From positions 1 to 34,919 of the IMG/VR virus record IMGVR_UViG_3300027653_000036: a stretch of DNA of 34,919 nucleotides. One strand, given 5' to 3'. A program made the translations under genes and the position numbers. The notes beneath the pieces were generated by a model, which made no database searches, was not told where the DNA came from, and saw nothing but the letters and a program-made list of their open reading frames with translations. How positions within the stretch are numbered: the stretch's first letter is position 1; every line of letters starts with the position of its first letter. This document shows positions 8,252 to 16,194 of the stretch, piece after piece. The DNA is from a virus. Its lineage: Duplodnaviria; Caudoviricetes.

Positions 8252-9453
8252 AAGTCGATTTAGGTAGTTACACTGATCCGAAAACCGGCAAAGTAAAAAG
8301 GCACAGAAAATTTAAAACGATTACAGCAAAAAATCAAAGTGAAGCTGACACGAAACTTGCAAAATTTGTTGTAGAACTAACAAGTGGAGAGTATCATGAG
8401 CCAAAAAAAATTAATTTTGTAGATTTTGTCAATGAACATTGGTTATCAAAATGTGCAACAAAACGTTTGTCACATACTACATTAGAAACGCATATTGAAT
8501 ATTTAGAAAAGCGTATTCTTCCCGCTTTTCAGTATTTTAGACTAGATCAAATAAAACCGATTCACATTATTGATTTTTTGGACAACCTTCAAGAGGATGG
8601 TATGAGGTTAGATAAAGAAAAAGACGAGGAAGGAAATCTTGTTAAGAAAAAAGGTAAATTAGCAAGTAGCACGATTTTTTATCATTACAGAATTTTAAAT
8701 AACATTTTTAATTTTGCAGTAGAAATTAAGTTTTTAAAAGAGTCACCACTTGTTGGTGTGCAAAAACCGTCTGTGGATTACAAAGAATCAAATGTCTATA
8801 ACGATGAAGAAGCATATAAGCTATTGCAATGCTTAGAATCAGAGACAGACGTACCGCATTGGCAAGTAATAGTTAAGTTAGCAATCACGACTGGAATGCG
8901 GCGATCAGAATTGTTTGGACTAGAATTCAAGCACATTGATTTAGATAACAAAGTAATACATGTTAGACAAGCATTGACTTATTCTACAAGAGACGGCTAC
9001 CAGATACACGAGATTAAGAAAGGAAGTCGCAGTGCTAAAAAACGTGATATTGTTTTGTCTGATGCTTTGATTGAACCAATTGAAAAATTGAAATTGCAAC
9101 GAAAAACTGAACAGTTTGCACTAAAAAAAGAAGATAGATGGAGGAAAGGAAAACACGATTTCGTATTGTGCGATGAAACAGGAAAACCGTTTCATCCTCA
9201 GTCGATGGCAAACTGGTGGAAAAGATTTTTAAAACGTCATAAATTAAAGTACATTAACATTCATGCGTTGAGACATACTTCGGCAACATTGCTAATAAAT
9301 GAAGGTGTGCATCCAAAAATTATTAGTGAGCGTTTAGGACATGCAGATATAAAAACGACGATGAACATTTACGGTCACGCACTTAAAAAGGCAGATAAAA
9401 TTGCTACTGCTAAATTGGATAATGTACTTTTTAGAGACAGCAAAACACAATGA
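8203..9453 (+). CDS. int: Tyrosine integrase
   Basis: TGMRRSE, HALRH, LGH and YGH catalytic motifs; N-terminal arm-binding domain. Confidence 0.97.
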   Translation: MAKGHARPRGNGKWQLEVDLGSYTDPKTGKVKRHRKFKTITAKNQSEADTKLAKFVVELTSGEYHEPKKINFVDFVNEHWLSKCATKRLSHTTLETHIEYLEKRILPAFQYFRLDQIKPIHIIDFLDNLQEDGMRLDKEKDEEGNLVKKKGKLASSTIFYHYRILNNIFNFAVEIKFLKESPLVGVQKPSVDYKESNVYNDEEAYKLLQCLESETDVPHWQVIVKLAITTGMRRSELFGLEFKHIDLDNKVIHVRQALTYSTRDGYQIHEIKKGSRSAKKRDIVLSDALIEPIEKLKLQRKTEQFALKKEDRWRKGKHDFVLCDETGKPFHPQSMANWWKRFLKRHKLKYINIHALRHTSATLLINEGVHPKIISERLGHADIKTTMNIYGHALKKADKIATAKLDNVLFRDSKTQ

Positions 9454-9475
9454 AAAACATGAAAAAATATGGTTT

Positions 9476-9497
9476 TGCCGTCAAACTGCCGTCAAAA
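9476..9497. repeat. Integrase arm-type sites (left pair)
   Basis: TGCCGTCAAA twice with 11-bp period. Confidence 0.75.
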
Positions 9498-9570
9498 GAG
9501 ATAAAAATAAAAAAATATAGCAATTTCTAAAACCTCTAAAAATCGCTATACATCAATGGTTTTGAAGCAA

Positions 9571-9614
9571 AGCTTCCAGCCGGATTTGAACCGGCGACCT
9601 CTTCCTTACCATGG
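9571..9614 (-). other. attP core: 3' half of tRNA-Thr(GGT)
   Basis: Minus strand reads CCATGGTAAGGAAGAGGTCGCCGGTTCAAATCCGGCTGGAAGCT: anticodon loop with GGT, T-arm and 3' acceptor strand. The 5' half is absent. Confidence 0.9.
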
Positions 9615-9719
9615 GGAGAATGTAGAAAATATTGAGAAATGCTAAGTCATAAAAACATTGATCCAACAACAGATTAAACACATTTAGTCACAACTTAATT
9701 TATATTAAAACAAAAATCC

Positions 9720-9740
9720 TGCCGTCATTCTGCCGTCAAA
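9720..9740. repeat. Integrase arm-type sites (right pair)
   Basis: TGCCGTCA twice with 11-bp period, same orientation as the left pair. Confidence 0.75.
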
Positions 9741-9747
9741 ATTTTTT

Positions 9748-9777
9748 GCAGGAAATTAATCACATTTTGTCGAATAA
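9748..9777 (+). promoter_or_regulatory. Sigma-H-type promoter
   Basis: GCAGGAAAT-12 bp-GTCGAATAA matches RNAGGAWWW-N11/12-RNNGAATWW. Confidence 0.7.
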
Positions 9778-9795
9778 AAAAGCAGGAGGGATAAT

Positions 9796-9960
9796 ATGCA
9801 CGATATTACTGATTATATAAAAATGATAGCGGATGGAATGGGAGTAGAGTTAAGCGATGAAAGACTAAAGACAGTCGCTCACGATCTACTCAACCATCGA
9901 GACTACAATAAGATGCTCTCTTATCTTGAAAACTCAATACGTGCAATAAAGGACGCTTAA
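9796..9960 (+). CDS. Small hypothetical protein (54 aa)
   Basis: MHDITDYIKMIADGMGVELSDERLK...; RBS AGGAGG, with its own promoter and terminator. Confidence 0.75.
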   Translation: MHDITDYIKMIADGMGVELSDERLKTVAHDLLNHRDYNKMLSYLENSIRAIKDA

Positions 9961-9973
9961 TGCGTTCTTTTTT
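9948..9973 (+). terminator. Intrinsic terminator
   Basis: AAAGGACGC..GCGTTCTTT followed by a T run. Confidence 0.7.
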
Positions 9974-10073
9974 CTTTAAAAAATTTAAAATATTTTTTTG
10001 ATGATTTTTACGAAAACCGCTCAAAGCCTTATGCATCAAGGGTTACAGCGTTTTATTTATTTTGCTTATAAAT

Positions 10074-10102
10074 TTGACGTACTTTAAAAAGTACGATATA
10101 AT
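10074..10102 (+). promoter_or_regulatory. Strong sigma-A promoter with palindromic operator (copy 1)
   Basis: TTGACG-17-TATAAT; CGTACTTT-AA-AAAGTACG at 10078-10095. Confidence 0.88.
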
Positions 10103-10156
10103 ATAATTAAGCAGTCAGGGAGATGCATAAAAAACAAATCAAAGGGAGCGATTGAA

Positions 10157-10540
10157 ATGATGAGACAAGTAATGACAAAAGCGGTAGCAATTGCAAGAAC
10201 TTTAGAAGGTGACTGGGTAGCTAGAATGAAGATGGCTCTTAAAATGGCTTGGGCGATCATTAAGAACGAAAGCAAGAAAACAATGGAAGATATAGCAGAA
10301 ATAATTAAGTCAAAATTAAATGGTGTGCAAGTTAATGTATGGGAGCGTTACGGAAAAAGACGTATCTACATCAATAAAGGTTATAAAAATACTGTAGCAA
10401 TGTTAGAGTTTGACCAAGACGATAATTACATTGGTGATTATCGAGAGTTAGGTCCAATGGATTTAATGGCAGCGGGACAAAACGGAGTTGAAGACGAGAT
10501 CATCGCAATCAACGAAATAAAAAAGGAGTTAGTTGCTTAA
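10157..10540 (+). CDS. Hypothetical protein, candidate anti-defence protein
   Basis: 127 aa, RBS AAGGGAG, first gene behind the operator-controlled promoter. Confidence 0.8.
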   Translation: MMRQVMTKAVAIARTLEGDWVARMKMALKMAWAIIKNESKKTMEDIAEIIKSKLNGVQVNVWERYGKRRIYINKGYKNTVAMLEFDQDDNYIGDYRELGPMDLMAAGQNGVEDEIIAINEIKKELVA

Positions 10541-11019
10541 TGGAAAAACGAGGACATAACTTTTTGGATATAACAGGCAAAAGATTTGGGCGTTTAATTG
10601 CAGTTAAACCGGTGACCGGAGTGGGAAAGACTGTATGGCTTTGTAAATGCGATTGTGGCAATGAAAAAGAAATTCTTGTGTCGTATTTAACGAGCGGTGA
10701 TACAAAGTCGTGCGGATGTTTAAAAGAAGAATTAGAAGAAAAACATCTGCGTGAAAAATATGATGATAAACGTGTTGATGGTGTGGCAATGCATTTATTT
10801 GGAGATGAACCTAGAAAAGATAGCAAGACCGGTTATAGAGGGGTTTTTGAATATCGTACAAGAGTATCTAAGCAATTGCGTTATGGTGCATGGATAACTG
10901 TTGCAGGAAAACGATATTATAAAAAAGGTTTTGAAACTGCAGAAGATGCTTATTATAACGGTAGATTAAAATTAGAAAAAGAATATTTACCTAAAAAGGA
11001 TGATAAAAATGATAATTGA
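10540..11019 (+). CDS. AP2-domain DNA-binding protein with N-terminal Cys-rich motif
   Basis: DITGKRFGRL...WLCKCDCGN...SCGC, then TGYRGV...Y.AWI...F.TAEDA (AP2-like). Confidence 0.82.
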   Translation: MEKRGHNFLDITGKRFGRLIAVKPVTGVGKTVWLCKCDCGNEKEILVSYLTSGDTKSCGCLKEELEEKHLREKYDDKRVDGVAMHLFGDEPRKDSKTGYRGVFEYRTRVSKQLRYGAWITVAGKRYYKKGFETAEDAYYNGRLKLEKEYLPKKDDKNDN

Positions 11020-11461
11020 TACAAACAAAGTACGAGCGTTATTGGATGACAAGTCGGTCACTTACGATCACATATCAGATGTTACTGGATTGAGTAAGGG
11101 AGCGATCTACCCTTACCGATCTGGTAAACGTGATATAACAGCGATGAGTATAGAGGTTGCTAACAAGCTACAAACGTTATATGAGGATTTACAAAAAGGA
11201 GATGGTGACGTGGATGTTAAAATCAAGGGTTTGAAAAAAGCTGTTGGAGAGTTTAATGATTGGAAGGAGCAAGCAAGGATCTATTTTGATAAAGAAGAAT
11301 TAGAAGTATGGACGAACGTTTATCCTGGTGGCAATAAGTCTTGGGAGGAGTACCATGATAAAAACATTGTGGAAGTAATTAACAAACGTGGTATGGTCGC
11401 TAATGACAATGATTATTTATCAATGAGAGAGTTAAAAAATATTTGTGTAAATAAGTTGTAG
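11009..11461 (+). CDS. HTH-fusion protein (Aca-like N-terminal HTH plus unknown C-terminal domain)
   Basis: LL...ISDVTGLSKGAIYPYRSGKRDITAMSIEVANKL HTH; in-frame internal RBS/GTG at 11210. Confidence 0.8.
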   Translation: MIIDTNKVRALLDDKSVTYDHISDVTGLSKGAIYPYRSGKRDITAMSIEVANKLQTLYEDLQKGDGDVDVKIKGLKKAVGEFNDWKEQARIYFDKEELEVWTNVYPGGNKSWEEYHDKNIVEVINKRGMVANDNDYLSMRELKNICVNKL

Positions 11462-11478
11462 AATCTTCAATTTGCCCC

Positions 11479-11507
11479 TTGACGTACTTTTAAAAGTACG
11501 ATATAAT
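11479..11507 (+). promoter_or_regulatory. Strong sigma-A promoter with palindromic operator (copy 2)
   Basis: TTGACG-17-TATAAT; perfect palindrome CGTACTTTTAAAAGTACG at 11483-11500. Confidence 0.88.
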
Positions 11508-11537
11508 GAGTGTAACGAATCCAAGGGAGAGATTGAA

Positions 11538-11915
11538 ATGATCGATAAAATTAGAGAGTTAGAAAAAGAATTCTGCTGGATAAACGGAGACGGAAGCTAC
11601 ATAGTTGGAGTAAGATTTGAAAGTAAAAACAGAGAAATCGGAGAAGAGATCGAAAACAGCCGCCATAACTTAGATCGAGAAGACGAAAGAGAAATGCCGG
11701 AATACGGTACAGAAGAGTATGAGGAAGCGTTTGAACTAGACGGAGCGAGTGCTTATGAAATAGATGCTATCGTAGAAATGCTAGAAAATGGCGTACAGTT
11801 TGACGGAGAGCATTGTTACTTTATCATAGGTACAAACGAGACAAACTTAGACGATGCACTTGATTACGGTGAGGTAGTAGTTGAAAACGCAAAAGTAGCT
11901 TATAAGTTTTACTAA
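11538..11915 (+). CDS. Highly acidic hypothetical protein (125 aa), candidate anti-defence protein
   Basis: ATG 11538 after RBS AAGGGAG; 34 D/E versus 11 K/R by manual count. Confidence 0.8.
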   Translation: MIDKIRELEKEFCWINGDGSYIVGVRFESKNREIGEEIENSRHNLDREDEREMPEYGTEEYEEAFELDGASAYEIDAIVEMLENGVQFDGEHCYFIIGTNETNLDDALDYGEVVVENAKVAYKFY

Positions 11916-11916
11916 G

Positions 11917-11942
11917 AGAGGGCAACTAAGCCCTCTTTTTTT
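11917..11942 (+). terminator. Intrinsic terminator between the island and the convergent lysin gene
   Basis: AGAGGGC-aactaa-GCCCTCT followed by a T run. Confidence 0.8.
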
Positions 11943-12828
11943 AAAACGTACCTGCATTAAGTCTCCGTTGCAGCTCTTTTACTACTAATGACGGACGTGA
12001 CAATTTACCGTCAACAATAGTTCCGAGATATTTTTGTAATGCTCTAATTGTAGCGGAACCTAATAATCCATCAACTTTTAAACCGCCTAGCTTACGTTGT
12101 AATGCTCTTACGACTAGACTATTACCACTATTACTAAAACGTATTGTACTACCATAAAAAGCGTTAGTGACAGCGTTACGTCTTTGATTACTGATAATAC
12201 CATCTACAGTTGTACCTAATGCACTTTGTAACGCACGAGTAGTAGCGTTGCCCCATTTGCCATCAACTTTTAAACTTGCACCTGTTGACGTATTTTTAAC
12301 AGTTGTACTTGCAGTCTGTTTTTTAGGTGGTTTGTATGTTTTGTTGCCTCCTAATTCAAATATAAAATCATTCCACGTAACACCTTTTTCGCCCGATCGT
12401 AAATAGCGTGGACAATTCTTACCGCTAGCTTGATTATGTTGGATAACATTGCTTACGGATATGTTGTACTTGTCCATCAAATACTTAACGAGATCGACAG
12501 CATTATCAACAGCCTTTTCAAAGTCTCCGTCACTGTTTACGCATATTTCAATACCAATTGATTGTTCGTTGTACCTTCTATTGCCAGCGTGCCAGCACTG
12601 TGCGTTATCGCTAAACGATTGGATTATTTCTTTATCGTCTACTTGATAATGCCAACTAGCATTACGACTGTTACCGTTAGCTTGCAATCGTCCGTGAGCA
12701 TCTGCATCGGCACCTTTTGACGTGTTTGCCGTTTCGTGGATTACGATATATTTTTTTGAGTTAATACCGCTATAAGTGACTTTGTCAGCTACGCTTTTTG
12801 AAACGATATTTTTGCGTATTTTAACCAT
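11941..12828 (-). CDS. Endolysin, N-acetylmuramoyl-L-alanine amidase (Amidase_2) with peptidoglycan-binding repeats
   Basis: IVIHETAN, ASWHY, WHAG, SIGIEIC, HN...KNCP motifs; C-terminal VDG..G..T.RALQ repeats. Confidence 0.95.
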   Translation of the reverse strand: MVKIRKNIVSKSVADKVTYSGINSKKYIVIHETANTSKGADADAHGRLQANGNSRNASWHYQVDDKEIIQSFSDNAQCWHAGNRRYNEQSIGIEICVNSDGDFEKAVDNAVDLVKYLMDKYNISVSNVIQHNQASGKNCPRYLRSGEKGVTWNDFIFELGGNKTYKPPKKQTASTTVKNTSTGASLKVDGKWGNATTRALQSALGTTVDGIISNQRRNAVTNAFYGSTIRFSNSGNSLVVRALQRKLGGLKVDGLLGSATIRALQKYLGTIVDGKLSRPSLVVKELQRRLNAGTF

Positions 12829-13252
12829 TCTTATCATCCTCACTTAAAAATTCGTCTTTAATTTCTTCCTCTACACGTTTTCCGCTAGATTCAATAGATC
12901 GTAATTTTTCTGCTAGTGACGTGGGTACGAGTACGCCAACTTTTGCAAGATTTTCTAATATGGATAAACCTTCGTTTGCAATATAAAAAAGCACTGTCGC
13001 ATAAGCAACAGCACCCTGTAATCCCAATATTTGATCAACCACATTAGCCAAGATGATAACCACCAAAATTAATATTTTTCGTGCATATCCAAATAGCGAT
13101 TTACGACTCCAAAGATTTTCATTTTTAATTGCTTTTGCTACACCTGTCACGATGTCTAGTGCCATCAAAAGTAATAATAAATGTAAAAACTTTACGTCTC
13201 CAAATAGAAAAAATCGTGCAGCTTCTAAATATTCCAAGTTAACACCGCCCAT
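12821..13252 (-). CDS. Holin (phage holin 4/toxin-secretion family)
   Basis: TM segments, DIVTG, NEGLSILENL; directly upstream of the lysin. Confidence 0.92.
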   Translation of the reverse strand: MGGVNLEYLEAARFFLFGDVKFLHLLLLLMALDIVTGVAKAIKNENLWSRKSLFGYARKILILVVIILANVVDQILGLQGAVAYATVLFYIANEGLSILENLAKVGVLVPTSLAEKLRSIESSGKRVEEEIKDEFLSEDDKNG

Positions 13253-13349
13253 TTTTTACCCATCTCCTTCATTTTTGTATCCCCTTCCTGTTTTCGAGTG
13301 GGGAAAACTTCCTATTTATTCCCCTTGAGTTTTTTGATAATATAAAAAT

Positions 13350-13415
13350 AACCGTCTATCATCCCTTGAGGGTAGACGGCTAGGAGGGGGGCTTCATCCC
13401 CTCCGCTATGCTTTT
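13350..13415 (+). ncRNA. Candidate two-hairpin structured RNA element upstream of the holin
   Basis: CCGTCTATC/GGTAGACGG and GGAGGGG/CCCCTCC stems in an intergenic gap. Confidence 0.35.
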
Positions 13416-13432
13416 AGACATAAAAATAACGC

Positions 13433-13792
13433 TTATTCAGCGTTTTCGTCTTTCAATATTTTATTTAGTAAATTTAATGAACTTGGTTTGATTGATATAT
13501 CCTCTAATTCATTTATTTTGATTTCCTGCAAATCGACATCAACATCTTGTTGCATGAGTTCATCTATTTTCTTTATACCTTCATCAGTGAGCTTTACAGA
13601 CCCGTCATCAAATTTCTCTTTTTGATGCTCTTTAATTATTTTTTGCCTCACTTTGTCACTTGAAACAAGCTCCTCGCTAACATTCTTTTGATTGCGTTGA
13701 ACTTTAAGTGATGTAGAGATAGGCAATTCTTTATCTGCTAAATCATTTAATCCTAGCGACAGATTATATAAATCTGATACTTTAATTTTCAT
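13433..13792 (-). CDS. Hypothetical protein after the tail spike gene
   Basis: 119 aa, TGATG-coupled to the upstream gene. Confidence 0.8.
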   Translation of the reverse strand: MKIKVSDLYNLSLGLNDLADKELPISTSLKVQRNQKNVSEELVSSDKVRQKIIKEHQKEKFDDGSVKLTDEGIKKIDELMQQDVDVDLQEIKINELEDISIKPSSLNLLNKILKDENAE

Positions 13793-16149
13793 CAGACTGC
13801 TCCTTTCAGCTTTTCGATTTCTTGTTCGAGTTTGTCGATTCTATTTTCGATTGTTCCAAAACGATTGTCATATTCATTTAATCTATCCTCATGGTCTTTT
13901 GTAATTGGTATTAGCAATGTCCATAGTCGGTCATACATCAAACCATCGACTTCATTGTTTTTATAGTGCACAAAACGATTTAGTCCTAATTCATGTGCTT
14001 GATTTGCACTTAGTCCTGGAATCCTTCGTATTAGTGGTAAATCTTCTTCTTTAACATCAAAGCCTTTGTTTAATATATCTGCATATTCTTCCACACTTCG
14101 TTTGTCGTAATAGTCAAAAACGTTCATTTCCAATAACTTATATGGGTTAACAGATATGTCTTGCATTAAGAGTTTTTCGGATTCTCTAGAGGTAGAAAGA
14201 GGAACCCCATTGTAATATATATCCCATAATATGTGTATTCTTTCATTATTCAGCCGAAATGACATTGGATGATCATCACTAGCAATAAACTGTACCCATT
14301 CATAGAAAGAGTTATAAAAAATATCAAATTTACGGTCGGTTGATGATGCGTTTGCACCCAAACTTATCCCGTGACCAACTTGTATTCTCCCGTCATTTGT
14401 AATTCTTAAATTCTCTACATAATTACCATTAGAGCGATGTGAACGTATCCTAAACATTGGGTCATTGCTTATAATTCTTCTTTCTGGGTAAATAGTTAAA
14501 CTATCATCAGTGTTATGTCTGGTGATGACGTGTCCACCTATATTTATACCCCTACTTACCGCTTTAGTAGGTATATAAATTTGACCATCATCTATGATTC
14601 TTAAAGCTTCAGTATTGCCTTTGACAATAGCTATATCGTTTTCTGACTGAAACTCTAAGTCTATTTTGGAGTATACGCTTGCCTTTTCACCATCTTGATT
14701 AATCTCAAATACAGATTCGCCATCATCAATTAATGTGAGACCTAATGCATTATCTATTCCTTGAGTACCACCCAATAAAATAGCGGCCCTAAGATCACCA
14801 TCCGTATTAAAAATCTTTAACCCGTCATCATCTACTCTCATAGTTCCGTCTGTACCGATTTGCTCAAACACAGAACCAGTAAATATACCGCCAGTAAACG
14901 TATTACCACCAAAACTACCGCTCATTATCGTCTCAGCGACAATCCCATCACCAGTAATAGCTGTTTCAAACGTGTTCCCACCATCGCTACTAATCCCAAG
15001 ACCGGCAGAATTATAAACGACAAGTTTGTTCGGATCTGTCTTGTCTACGGCGACAATTCCGCCACTTTCAGGGAATTGTAATTCAGTTCGTGCATTATGA
15101 ATGGATTCGGTAGCAACTCTGACAGCTTCATCTAATACACTAGTTCTAACTATTCCATCTTCATCAACAATCTCTGCTAGCTGTTTTCGCACGTTATCAA
15201 ACATTGTTCCTGCAAATGATTTTTTATGATTTGATAGAGTAACTTCTGTTTTGATGACGTTTAAATTAACGTCAAAATACTCTACAATCTCCATAATTCT
15301 AGTTTCGATTAACAAATCATCCATTGGCTCGTAAATAACCCAAACTCGGTCGCCCTCGTTAGGTACTGTATATGGATAACCCGCAGCTCGTAAATCTACA
15401 AAATCGATCGTGAGTGTAACTAGTGGTTCGTCTTGTAAACGTGAAATCATTTCTTCTAGTAATGCAGGTTCAGATTTAAACCGCTCATCATTAACTGGTG
15501 GAGCATCTAGTTCGCCAAATATATCAGCGTTATCACTTCGATAATACGCTTCGATTCCTAGTTCCGGGTCACCAGTTCCGCTAATGACAGTAGCTAAATT
15601 CGTTGTATCGATATCTCGCTTAATCGCTTTTATGTTGTGACCGAAACGAAACTGGAAATCTGTATCGTTTCCAATTTGATGTCTAAAACGTACTTGATTA
15701 CCTACTAACTCAAACTCCGCTTGAAATCGCTCTAAACCTTTTTGCAGTAACGCTAGCCTATTTTCATTTCCTAGGTTTTCGAATGACCTGGCATTAAACT
15801 GATCTATAGCAACAAACGTGTAGCCTGTGTCTTCAAAAACTAGGTTCATATAATTATTAAACGTAATAGAGCCATTGTGGATTTTAGGCTGTTGCTTATT
15901 AATTAAGTCCACATAAAACTTATGGATTGCTGTTACTTGCTTAATGTATTTCTTACCACGTGACTGCTCTGTTAACTTTTTAATGATGTACTTATCATCA
16001 AGTGCATTGACCGATGACTCTTCAACAATTAAATCAAACGTGTTTTCGTTTTCTTCAAACGGTATAGCCGTAAATTCGATTACTTTCTCTCCGTTAACTC
16101 GTCTTGTGCGTTTAAAGCCTTTAGGTTTTATGTCTGCTAAATCGTACAA
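13792..16149 (-). CDS. Tal/tail spike: prophage-tail endopeptidase-like N-terminus, beta-rich body, C-terminal S74-like intramolecular chaperone
   Basis: FQFRFGHNIKAI...T.ISG.G; C-terminal S.....K, GLSAN, YDRL and coiled coil. TTG start at 16149 with RBS GAGGTG. Confidence 0.85.
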   Translation of the reverse strand: MYDLADIKPKGFKRTRRVNGEKVIEFTAIPFEENENTFDLIVEESSVNALDDKYIIKKLTEQSRGKKYIKQVTAIHKFYVDLINKQQPKIHNGSITFNNYMNLVFEDTGYTFVAIDQFNARSFENLGNENRLALLQKGLERFQAEFELVGNQVRFRHQIGNDTDFQFRFGHNIKAIKRDIDTTNLATVISGTGDPELGIEAYYRSDNADIFGELDAPPVNDERFKSEPALLEEMISRLQDEPLVTLTIDFVDLRAAGYPYTVPNEGDRVWVIYEPMDDLLIETRIMEIVEYFDVNLNVIKTEVTLSNHKKSFAGTMFDNVRKQLAEIVDEDGIVRTSVLDEAVRVATESIHNARTELQFPESGGIVAVDKTDPNKLVVYNSAGLGISSDGGNTFETAITGDGIVAETIMSGSFGGNTFTGGIFTGSVFEQIGTDGTMRVDDDGLKIFNTDGDLRAAILLGGTQGIDNALGLTLIDDGESVFEINQDGEKASVYSKIDLEFQSENDIAIVKGNTEALRIIDDGQIYIPTKAVSRGINIGGHVITRHNTDDSLTIYPERRIISNDPMFRIRSHRSNGNYVENLRITNDGRIQVGHGISLGANASSTDRKFDIFYNSFYEWVQFIASDDHPMSFRLNNERIHILWDIYYNGVPLSTSRESEKLLMQDISVNPYKLLEMNVFDYYDKRSVEEYADILNKGFDVKEEDLPLIRRIPGLSANQAHELGLNRFVHYKNNEVDGLMYDRLWTLLIPITKDHEDRLNEYDNRFGTIENRIDKLEQEIEKLKGAV

Positions 16150-16194
16150 AATATCACCTCTTTTCAAAAGAAAAAGCACCTCGAATGAGATGCT

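Noticed and set aside
6727-9453. Arbitrium or Rap-Phr signalling system
   Set aside because: No TPR receptor or secreted peptide gene is visible; the switch is the ImmR/ImmA type.
9571-9645. Complete tRNA-Thr gene
   Set aside because: The 5' acceptor strand and D-arm are missing; only the att core fragment is present.
10013-10054. Imperfect inverted repeat upstream of the island promoter
   Set aside because: Too degenerate to assign a function from sequence alone.
10143-10158. GGGAGCGATTGAAAT resembles the 3' end of type I-C CRISPR repeats (also near 11524-11539)
   Set aside because: No 5' half or repeat hairpin and no array; it is explained as an RBS plus start codon.
11472-11537. Longer start for the acidic gene
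   Set aside because: The extension overlaps the gene's own promoter; the RBS supports ATG 11538.
13235-13252. Holin dual-start motif (Met1 / TTG Leu6)
   Set aside because: A second start is possible, but the extension MGGVN has no positive charge as in classic antiholins; too weak to claim.
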